This document shows positions 1-11,132 of a stretch of 64,000 bases of DNA, piece after piece (positions within the stretch are counted from its first letter, which is position 1; every line of letters begins with the position of its first letter). The notes under the pieces were generated by a model. The model was not told the DNA's origin, did no database searches, and was given only the letters and a program-made list of their open reading frames with translations. Origin of the DNA: Dimorphilus gyrociliatus (taxonomy: Eukaryota; Animalia; Annelida); NCBI GenBank assembly GCA_904063045.1, contig CAJFCJ010000016.1, positions 682,001 through 746,000 on the forward strand, read 5' to 3'. Made by a program: the position numbers and the translations under genes.

Positions 1-467
1 AAATTAGTTTAACTATTCAGAAATCTGCTGCCTTCTTGCTCTTTTAAAAGTAATATACAATACGGCAGAATAAATAAAGAGGCATAAAAAGTTTGACGAA
101 TAACAATAGAACGAATAACAAGTGCAATTTTAAAACTAAGAATAATGTTGAAAAGTCATTCGTGTGATATCAGGGAGCTAATTATAGTCAATTATACTAA
201 TTAAATATTTTTAAGTTGACTGGAAGAAAAAATAAATCAATGTTATTTTATCTATTCGTTCGTTAACAACACGAAATCGACAAATTTGCTTTAATAATGG
301 AAAATCTTTTAAATCTGCATGAAAATATCCTCAATAAAAAGATACTATTAGAAGTATTTGCTATTAAAAACCAGTCACGACCACTTTTATCACCAAATGT
401 AATAAGAGTTACGTATTAGATAACGCTGTAACCATCTGTTGCAGAAAGATTATCCCCACCGTTAGCC

Positions 468-3400
468 TTACATGACAGTATTATTTTGTAGAGTTTGCCC
501 ACCATCATCATTTTGGACGAGTAGAGTTGGTCTGTTAGGAGGTGCTTGAACGATTGGAATGGTCAGTGAAAGCGGTTGTATAGCGTTCACTTTGTTAACG
601 CCCCGCGATCTAGTGAGTATTTTCGATGTTTGCGGCATTGGAGTTGATTGCTGCTGTTGTTGTTGTTGTCGTTGAGCTGCCACGAACTGAGCTGTTAGCT
701 GTTGCGTCGAATTAGGGGTAATCTTTTGAAATTTTTGGGCATTAACGATTGCTATTGGCTTCGGTGAATGCTGTTTTAATTGGTCTGCTTGGGGACTAGA
801 TGTAGTCGTCTGTTACCAATAAAAAAATGAAAAAGAGAGATCAGTTGCTATTTTTCCATTATATATAGTATAAACCACTTAATTGTATGTTGATAAGCAA
901 GTGACACAAAAATAGTTAATTATCAACTAATAATACACCTAAGTTGAGACGCATGAAATATGCAATATAAAGCCAAGTGTAATCATCTTAACATAGATAT
1001 AGTGTATTTTGCAAATTATTTACCTGCTTAAAATGTTTAAGTAAGTTGTTCCATTGCAAACCAACCAACTGGCCATTGACCAGTTGAGTGGGGTCTACAC
1101 TTGCAACAACTATATTGACTCCTTTGTTTTGTTGCTGAGCTGTCGTTACTGTTGATAAGTTGGTAGGAACTGTTGTTTGAGGGACGTTATTCCTATTTCT
1201 ATCTCGTTTTAAAGCATTTATATTCAGACTTGTCCCATTTAGATGGAGCATTGCTGTCGAAGTCGTAGTTGGCGAGCCAGATGTCAATTTTTGAGCTATA
1301 CCAATTTGCCTTGTAGATTCGTTTAAGCCAATTTGATTTGATTCCAAACAAAGTTTCCTAGTTAATAAAAAAAATGGAATGATGAATATTGCAATTAAAA
1401 ACAATAAATTGTTCACAATTGGTAATTTAATACTTAATGTCAAATTTGAAATTATTCATATAGACTAGATGCAAAATACATTATTCTTCTATCATATATT
1501 CACTTTTTATGTTAAGACTAATTCTTGTTGTTCCAAGAAGACTTACAAGTTTATGTAGAAAATTATGTGATTTAGATAAGGATTTACATACTTAGCTGGT
1601 GGTTGCATTCCTCCAGACACAGCATCCTTAATTTTTAGTCCACCGCAGCTTATCAAGAAATTATTTGTTGAAGTTAGGGTAATAGACGGAGTCGTAGGTA
1701 CTGGTTGTGGAGGCTTTGCTGGTTTTGGCTCTAGTATTGACTTAGCAGCGGCCCGAAAAAGATTCACTGTTCGGGAGAAAATACGAGGTCCCTTCGGGCA
1801 GTTTGAGCAATGCCAATTATTTGCGGCCAACGGGTATAAGGTAATAGAGGTCGAAGTTTCATCCTCCGAGTCACTGTCGTCCTCATATCGCATATCTAAA
1901 TACCTAGATTGTGGACGAAATGATCTTTCCGAACTGTAGAGAAAACATTAAAAATTTAATTCTTTAATTTTGCAGCTTTAATAAAATATTCGTACGGTGA
2001 AAGACTAGTATACTGGAGAGTTTTTAGAGATTTCGGCTTCTGGTCTATTATCGTTCCATTGTTGTTATTATTATTATTATTATTGTTGTTGTTATTAATA
2101 TTGTTGCTGTTGTTGTTAGTAGAGACTGTAGCCGTAGTTGTATTAACAGTTGGATGTGGAGTGGCGCCTGCGGAAGAGTTCCTTGCCTTTCGTTCATCTC
2201 TGTGTTCCTGTAGAAGCTGATTGAATGCTTTTGAGCGTCCTTTTACAGCTCTTCTCAAAGAAAGAGCGTGAGTTTTGCAGGTTAAAGATCGAGTGCATTG
2301 TCGCTTCTGTTCTTCTAACCAAACACCGCAATGTTTATCTGGATCAAATTGCCTATCTGAAAAAGTTACCGGGTTTAGAGTAGAATTAAAGGAACGACAT
2401 TTTACAACAAGTGCTATAGAAAAAGAAACGCCTTTAGCTATATCATCTTTGACATAGGAAACTGAAGATTTAAATAATACATTATTGAAACAGCAACTGC
2501 TTTAACCAGTTTAGTAAAGAAGAAACTGTATAGCACGTAATACAAACTTGCTGATATTAATCAAAAATAACAATAGATCACATTGAAAAGAGTACCTTAT
2601 AATAAATTCAATATTATTCATAATACAATAAACATTTTAAAAAATACTATGAGATAAGAGCTTCTAATATACGCAGAAAAATCTAGTAAGAATTCATCTT
2701 ACAGCCTTCAAAGTGATATTGTTTAAAGAATAACTTATCTTATCAGTTATTATGATTTTAAAAGGTTATTTAGGGTATATAAATATAAGAGTGGAACAAC
2801 CGTTCTTGTGTAGGATGGAAATTATAAACGATATCTTTAGAGATTACCCAATAAATACCTGATTATGATCTCTATTTATTTAAAACAAAAAAATATAAAT
2901 TTTTGCTTTACAAATTGTAAATGTAAAAATCCGTTAAACCATTCCATTTGCCCCCAATTTTATTCACATATATTAATTGCGAATAAACGAAAGGAATCCA
3001 AAAGGTTTAGGTCGATTACTGTCATTTTATAGGTCAAGAGAACAAAGAGAGAAAATATGGAAAAACGAATGTTGCTTTAAAACATACATTTGATACCATT
3101 CAATTTGTTTTATTTATAAATATACAGCTGAATATCTTTAGGAGACAATTTTTAATTCTCAGAGCTGATTATTCACTCACGAATATTTTCCTTTATCCTC
3201 TTTGTTTCCAATATATTCGCTCAAAATAATTTACTGTCCTCTATTTATCGCAGCATGAATGGAAAGGATTACTCTTAAACAGGAACAGGATATCCCTATA
3301 TTGTACTTTAATCTTATGGGCAGCTTCACACGCTTATTTACGCCAAATTAGTCATATTTAGAAGTAAAGTCGGTTTATCTCAACATTAATTTAATTCAAT

Positions 3401-3495
3401 AGATATTATGACATTCCCGCTTTATGCTCTTTTTGTCAACGGAACACTTTGTTCAATACTTGTTTAATATTGCTATGCTGACAATTAAAAGGATG

Positions 3496-3540
<45 letters not shown>

Positions 3541-5535
3541 TAACGTTAAATATAATATATGTCTATGATAAAAGATAAAATGGCCTCTGAAAGCTACAAA
3601 CGTAATAGATATTATAAAAAGGAAGGAATCGATAAAACACAAAAAAATTCCATGGTTTAATAATTGATTAAGAGAATAGTATAAAAATACAAAGTAAAAA
3701 GAAAGTATCAAGATTTTTATGTTCATATATCAAAAAAAATGAAACCAAATATACTTATAATTATTAATGGAACATATTTGTTTGATGCTACATCATCTCT
3801 TGTGGTTATATAATATTTTATTAGCATTTTACAAAGACTACAGAGTCTTGTAGAGAATGTAGGTAACCTCTTTCAATTAAGTATTTCAAGGGTTATATAC
3901 TTTGAATATTAAGATAAAACCTACGAATATGACGTTCGATTAATAGATAAATAAAGATTTGTGTACATTAGCTACTGCATGAGATTAAGATATTAACAAT
4001 TGTCTCCCCTTTCAATGTCATAAATTACTATCAGGTTTTGTCTTGTGGCAAAATGAAGTCTAGTTGTCTATTTCCATATATATATATATATAACCAATAA
4101 GGCGCAAAGAAATTCGATCAAAGGTCAGGTTCAGAAGGCATGGAAACTGGGTTTCTATCGTCGATTAATAACAGTAACAAGGAATCAAATACTTTAAACC
4201 AACCTTTACACGGTAATAATTTATGATTTTTGACTTTTCCACCATTCTTCTCTCCATGTGAATTTCTTCTTTGGCTATCTTTCTCATTTGTAATGTTTTT
4301 CGATGATAGAATAGCAGCTACAGTTGAATGAGAACTACGAACGTTTGTCTCTTTCTTTTTCTCTTCTGCTGGGCTTACGGCGAACGAGAAGTCAGCCGAG
4401 CTTCTACGACTGATGTCACTATCATCATCCAAAAGTAACTTTTCAGGTGGTTCTGGATCATATTTGACTTCGGGCTCAGGTTCGTATTTTACATCTATTT
4501 CCGGTTCCTGCTTGATCCAGCCATTTTCACCGACGATGTCAGCCCATTCATCTACATCTGTGGTATTAATGGATTGATTCCTCCTGCGTTTTCGTTTATA
4601 GTTAATTGCGACATCCCTAAAATAAAAATAATTGAATTTGTTAAAAGTAGGTTAATTAGCGCAAATAGAAAAAGATAAATAGCTGCCAGCTCAAGAAAAG
4701 AACAGAATATTCTATAGAAAGTTTCATTCTTTGGAGAGAGCTGCAAAATTGTTTTTCTTTAATTACAGTTCCAATCTTAAGCAGATAACAAGAGATTTTC
4801 GTTATATAGAATAAGAGCCGTAATTGTAAAGAATAACCATTCTGAAGATATTCTAATGAGTATTTTTTTTTCTATCCGCATAGAATACATATATATATAT
4901 ATAATATTCAATTATTGAACAATTCGCTCTCGAGATGGATAACTTATTCTGCCAAGTGATGCTTAATTATCAGCACCAACTGTTCTGTACTTCTCCTTAG
5001 CATTGTTTGCAAAGATTAATATCCAGGTGGATTGTGGAGCTCTATAATTAAAAATACAGCTTTCCAAATTGCTTCAGAACGTCTCCAACCGTGGTATTAA
5101 TTACTTGCAATGACACTGGAATAGCTCAATTCTATATTTAAAAAATAAACTTGCCTATGAAGTGAAGTTATATGGTATTTTAAACCCTGTGCCCTTAAAA
5201 CGTGCCCGCAGACCCTACATTTGACGAGCAAAAAGTCGACACAAGGTCCTCGACTGTATAATCTCCTATCTAATTCATCTATAATATCTTCTTCTTCCGA
5301 TTCCTCAGAAGTTTCGGTTTTACCGTCGAATTTTCCGAGGACCTTGAGCGGAACAGTTAAATTTCTAGGCAGATCTGAAAAAAGAGAACATATGAACAAA
5401 GGTCTCAAATTTTTTTTAAAATATCTGTAAACCTAAATCATATTTTTTGCGCAGGTATTCGTCGGCCGTTTGCCAATTTTTACCGCCGCATTCTGACAAA
5501 ATTTCGCCTAAAAGGCTCTCGTATATCTCGGCCAT
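468..5535 (-). CDS. ATXN7: Ataxin-7 / Sgf73-like SAGA deubiquitination-module subunit (7 coding exons)
   Basis: Phase-consistent exons 5535-5433, 5374-5155, 4616-4204, 2356-1996, 1933-1592, 1357-1024, 809-468. N-terminal zinc finger VKCRVCGHVLRAQGLKYHITSLH. Spliced SCA7 domain DRQFDPDKHCGVWLEEQKRQCTRSLTCKTHALSLRRAVKGRSKAFNQLLQEH matches the recalled ATXN7-family motif FDPxxHCGV...CTRSLTCKTH...RRAV.GR. Poly-N and poly-Q low-complexity tracts downstream. Confidence 0.88.
3500..3538. repeat. (TA)n microsatellite in ATXN7 intron
   Basis: Uninterrupted TA dinucleotide run. Many similar runs occur elsewhere (e.g. ~24590, ~32085, ~37470, ~40985, ~43690, ~48595). Confidence 0.9.
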
Positions 5536-6801
5536 TTCGGCTGTTGGCGGCCATTAGAGCTGACAACGTTCTGTTATAGGTGGCGTTGTACTTCATGTAC
5601 ATGCAGATGTCACTAAAATCGAGAGATTAAGATTTTGTTTTGTGTGGTATTTACTATTTTAAGTTAAATGCTTTAATTTTTAAACTACTTATCTAAATAA
5701 GATCAGTATTGCGAAAAGCAGCTAAATTTAGAAAGTATGATATAAATTAATCGCCAAAAAAAGACTACATGAAAAAAGTCGTTACTCAATGAATAAATAT
5801 TTCCATAATAGTATACACGTCAGTTACTCTATACATCTTATATACACAAAAAAACACGCATATATGCCAGATCTAAGTCACCTTATACGTTTTATAGAGA
5901 TTGTCTTTCACATTTCTATTTTTCAAGGCTTATTACCCTCGTTCAATTAAGTAAAGAGAGAGCGTATAGGGTTAAGGGTTAGGTTTGAAGCGCTGATTGA
6001 AAAGACCTCTTCAATCAAAGAAAATTTCATTTCCATAGTTACAAATATGGATAATTATATCTTTATACAAACCTTTTTATTTCAATTATGTTAAAGATAC
6101 ACATACGAAATGATCAATTAATATTGTCTCTATTAACAAGAGATTAACATAATTTTCATATTGAAACTTTTAATTTTCGAAAAGAAATACATAAATGAAA
6201 TATTTATATAAAAACGATACACATTTATGACATGGTAATAAATAAGATAATAACATATTAAACCTAAAAGTGAAGGGGCTTTTACATGGGCGTTTTCTGT
6301 CAGAAAAATATGTATTTTCTGATTATTTTATAAGCATGTCCGTTTTCTATATTTCAATTAACAATAGATAAAACTACGCCTATTGCTAAGCCTATTTACT
6401 ACTTATAGATAGTAATAAAAAAGGTATGTTCAACGTACATAACATTTTGTACGCAATAACCAATGAACGTCATGTATTATCTTAATAAACATTATAAGAG
6501 ATTAGTGAATGAAGCGCTGTATGATTTTATATTTTCATTGATAATTTTTTATTCGGTTTATCTCTAGTTTTTCAATAAATAAAGAGAAATAAGCTGTAAT
6601 TCTCAACTCCTGTCTCTCTTCCTCTCTTAAAGACCTAAACGACGTAAGGTGTTTTTTTCTATTGTGTATCCTTGTGTATAATAACTAATTGCTTTGATTA
6701 ATGCACTTAATCAATCGGTTAAATGAAAAAAAATTTAGTAGTATCCGTGTTATACAGTGGAATTTTATTAGTTAATTCATTGTTCTATTCTATTTTAGAT
6801 T
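5536..6801. promoter_or_regulatory. Divergent (head-to-head) intergenic/5' region shared by ATXN7-like and period
   Basis: Lies between the ATXN7 ATG (5535, -) and the per ATG (6802, +). An acceptor-like tattttag just before the per ATG and a donor-like GAC|GTAAGG near 6643 suggest a non-coding per 5' exon. TSSs are not visible in sequence. Confidence 0.4.
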
Positions 6802-9800
6802 ATGTATTACACGAATAAAGATTCAACGTATGGAACTCAGTCAACTCCGTCTTCCAATAATAGTGGAAGTAAAATATATCATAATAGTATTAGTTCGTTA
6901 GAGGACAGATCAAAGAGTAGTGGACGATCATCTGACAATGTCAATACGCTGGAAAAGAAGTTTTTTAGAAAGAAACTTATGAAAAAATGTATTAAACAAC
7001 TGAAGACATTTGTTCCTTTGAACAAAACAAGAGGTAGAACTGATACACTATCGGCTCTGAAACATGCTGTAAATTATATGAATAAGTTAAAAGGTTAGTT
7101 GATGAACAAAATACCGCAATTCAGTGCATTTACCTGTATATTCACTTTATAGATAATCAACTGAATGCAAATGAAGAAAGAATGGAGGATAAATTAAGCT
7201 CATGTGGGTTAAAATTACCAATAGATGCAAAACAAAAATGGTATAAATTAGTACTATCCGATACTGATATGACACTATTGGAAGCACCAGAAGCTTTATT
7301 GAATAGAATATTGAATTATCCAAGAGTTAGTGCTAAATACTTTTTTTAAAACATATAGCTTATTAGTGTTTATGTTTTTGCCTATGCAGAATTTTTTGAT
7401 AAGGAAGCCGTTCGTTCAAATACTTCATTCAAATGATAAATGTACAATATCAACTTGCTACTCAAATTGTATTGATGCTAGATCGAAAGACGGTAAAGCA
7501 AGAAACTTACCATACCAATGTTTATATGAAAATATATATATGTATTTATATCTTTATACTCTATTTTAGAGGCGAAACAGAGGGAAGAAGATAAATTATA
7601 TCCATTCTACTTTCGACTAAAGAAATTTGATTTAGCTAGTTTTGCTAGTAAACAAGATGATTTTTCTGTTTTTAGTGGTGTTATGTATCCAACAACAGAT
7701 GATAATAGTAATACACAATCAAATGACTGGATAAATGATAATGAGAAAACTTATACTTTAGAATGCAGCCCGGTTGTTAGCTCTTATACAAGTAATAATA
7801 AACTAATATAGTATATACAGTATATATACATTTTTTCAATGGTCTGTTATAGATGGATTTTCTCCAAATGAAAGTAAATTCATGACACGACACACTGTTC
7901 ATTTGACGATTAACTTTCTGCATCCTCTTGCCGTTGGTTTAACTGGCTTTCTTCCACAAGATATTATAGGAACGTCAATACTTGATCATTTCCGTTCAAG
8001 TGACTGGAATTCTATAAAAGACTCTTTTGAACATGGTTAGAAAATATTTTTGAACGTTTTATATATGATTATTCGTTATTAAATGAATTACTCGTTAATT
8101 TTAGTGTTAACCACTGGACATCGTTCAAAAACAAAAATATATAAATTTCGCATAAAGAACGGTTCATTCATAACGACTAAGATTGAATGGTCACCAGTTT
8201 ATAACATTTGGTCGAAAAAATTGGACTTTATTGCTGGAAAATATACTGTTATTGGTGAACCAGAAAACAAGAACATTTTCTCGGATAATTCAAACTTAAT
8301 AAAGCATTCAACAGCCGAAAAAGAACTGCAATCAACTGTTAGGCGACATATTTTTGAATTATATTTAAATGTAATTTCATAATTGTATTTAAATACTGTA
8401 CAATTATCTCTAAATGAATATCTTTCAGACATCTTCTACTTCCGGAAGTTCAACTTTTTTTGAAACATCAGAATTTTACAGTACATCGCAAAAAACGTCA
8501 TCAGAAAATCAATTTATAGTTGAAACGTCGGAAAGTGAAAATAACGTAAGTATAGAGACGGCGGTGAATGAATAAAATATTTGTTATGTTTCATTTTTCT
8601 GAAAGGATGAAACTAAAAAGACAGTAGACGATATAAAAGCATCTTCGCTTATCTATAAACAACTAAATTATTACGAAATGTTAAACAAATTTCTCAAACT
8701 TCTACCGGACACAAATATTTCACTGCCAAATGATAATCCTTACGATAAGGGGTCAGGCGTTAAAGTTGATATAACACTTAATGTGCCATTGCATAAACCA
8801 CCGAGTTTTGCTAGTAGTACCAAAGCATTTATAGAAGCATCAGACCAAGAAGAGGTTATTTGTCCACCATCGCCAATTATTGAAGATGATTATAAAAGTT
8901 ATATGACTGAGGATGCATTGAATAAGCCAGTTAATTTAACAAGATCCGTCTTAAAGGTTCATAATAAAAGAAGTGAACAACGTTTTGTTGAGAGCATGAT
9001 GAATGGAATATCCAATGATCTCATGATAACTAAGAATGGCACGTTTCATATTAAATCAACAAAGGTTAGTTCATATAAAGTAAACTTCATAGAAATTGGA
9101 ACACCTATATATATTTATACATCTTGTCTTATATAATCGAAAATTAAAGGGAAGAATATCAAAAAGACGAATTAGCGATAGCATTAACAGCAGCGAGACG
9201 CCTTTTAAACCAAAACGGATGAGAGACTTTGAAGGTGACTACACGTCTGAGAGAGACAATGCTCGTGATAAATTGTCAAGAAATAAACATTTTAACAATG
9301 TGGAGAATGTAAATGAAGACTGTACGATTATAGAAAATAATAGAGAAAGAGCCAAAATCAAAAAAGGTAACTAAATTATTAAATGCAACACCTCAGTAAG
9401 TTCAATAGCTACATACAATCATAAAAAGATAGAATTTATTCCATAAATAATTAATTGTACATCTTAAACATTATTTGCTCTACAAATATGAAGCGCTAGT
9501 AAGCTTCATGAGAGAATATACAGTTTATATAAGGATATGAAGGAAAAATTCGTCACAAAGCCAGCTTGACTTGCAAGAAGCGCTTTAAATATGTGGACAA
9601 AGTGTAGCTTCATTATATTCTCTGTTCTAATCATTTCTTCAATTTTTTCGATTGATGTAAAAAAATTGAAAAAGAGAGAACGTGATTTAGAAGTTTTGGA
9701 ACGAATCGTTAATTGTTTGGCTGCAGAAAATTCAAAGGAAGCAACAAATGGAAAATTAGATGATGTCTTTTCGCTTCACCTGGCCTACTTTAAAGGTTTG

Positions 9801-11058
9801 ACTTTTAGGATTAAATTTCATATACTAATTTTTTTTATTGTTTTCTCTTTAGCAATGAAGAAATGTACCAAACAATTTCCTGTTTATATGGATAATAGCA
9901 ATCTAAAACTGTTTAAAGAGAAAAAATTTTCTCCCCCTTCAGCAAATCAATCATAATTGTTGATTAATACATATTTTATCTTAAAATATTAAAAATTCAT
10001 TCGATTTTTAACTTTGTTAAAATATAAGTTTCTGATTTGAATAGAAGATATTCAATTTGAATTTCTGGGGTAATCTTTTTTTCTGTCCAAAAGGTCCTCT
10101 CAAAAGTATAGTTTCATAGAACATTCATATGACAAACTGACACAGAACTTTAACTAAAACTAACTAAGTGTTAAATAGTTGTATTTAATTCTGTTTTCTA
10201 GCTTTTCGTAGTAAAAGATTGGCGGAGGAAACGAATTGTTTTGAAAATAAACGAGGCTTGACAGACGATTCATACTTATATGACAGATGTTCTAAAGGAG
10301 AATTGCTGTATACAAGAGAGATGCATTCTACTTGGAGTAGTGATTGTAATTCCAACTTAAAATATGAAGTTAGGCCACAAATTGAAAATAATAACAGGTT
10401 TGATATTTAATGAAAAATATTATATAATAATTAGAATTGAATGTATTTATTAGTTTGGAGCCTATTTATCAACCGTCACCCCTAAAGAAACAATTTATAG
10501 AACTTTTAAACGACAATAAAGCCTGTTCTATTGGATCTGAAATGTCGAAAGTTTGCTCAGCATCATGTTCAAAATTTACTTTGAAAAGTGTTTCAAACAA
10601 TAACATAAGCGAAGACGACAGTGATTCCAAATGCAATGTTGATGATAAAAAGACAAATGAAAGAGATGAGGAAGCTGTCTCCAATGAATTAATAATCAAT
10701 CTTGCCAAACATAAAGAAACTAACAGTGAATCATCATCAGAAGGCGAAAGGTTTTGTATTAAATTAAATGTAAATTTACTATTCATGGAGATCTAAATAA
10801 TGTCATTAATAAAACAGAGGTAAATGTTCAAGTGATATGACGTCAAGTGACAATAGATCTCAAGAAGGTAGCTCTTCATCAATGAAGGAGAGTGACAATC
10901 AAGTCGAAACTCTCAGGTGTACAACAAAGCGACTTGTGAAAACTAAAAGTGACAGTCACCTTTCTAAATTAGTCGAAACTAGGAGTGAAAATTCTTCATC
11001 GTCTTCTTCAAACGATTGGTTGAATGGTATATTCACAGATTTGCATATAAGACGATAA
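6802..11058 (+). CDS. per: Period circadian clock protein (PAS-A, PAS-B/PAC, CK1-binding and C-terminal regions), multi-exon
   Basis: Exon 1 (6802-7093) has the PER N-terminal helix motif KKCIKQLKTFVP...GRTDTLSALKHAV. PAS-A NFLIRKPFVQILHSNDK (7390-7492). PAS-B FMTRHT...GLTGFLPQDIIGTSILDHF (~7880-8035). PAC YKFRIKNGSFITTKIEWSPVYNIWSKKLDFIAGKYTVIGEP (cf. fly YRFLIQNG...WSRKLEFVVGHHRVFQGP). CK1-domain motifs LIYKQLNYYEMLNKFL and LTRSVLKVHNKRSEQRFV. C-terminal YQPSPLKKQF. Introns are ~55-75 bp GT-AG; some C-terminal exon borders (9530-10200) are uncertain. Confidence 0.9.
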
Positions 11059-11132
11059 CACAAACTAACAAATTTAAAAAGACAGTGCATTTAATATATT
11101 TCATATACAAAAGAAAAAAATAATTCAAATAT

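Noticed and set aside
2357-4203. Possible nested membrane-protein gene in the unusually long ATXN7 intron (hydrophobic ORF 3499-3726 and other fragments)
   Set aside because: No phase-consistent exon chain could be built on either strand. AT-rich DNA naturally translates to F/I/L/Y-rich stretches, and the ORF ends in a TA microsatellite.
5967-5985. TAGGGTTAAGGGTTAGGTT, telomere-like repeat
   Set aside because: Fewer than three degenerate units; not distinguishable from chance.
10469-10786. Minus-strand 105-aa ORF; similarly 5221-5430, 8199-8432, 16445-16639, 20644-20841 and 62319-62714
   Set aside because: Antisense shadows of real coding exons (per, ATXN7, GC, GPCR) with no recognisable motifs.
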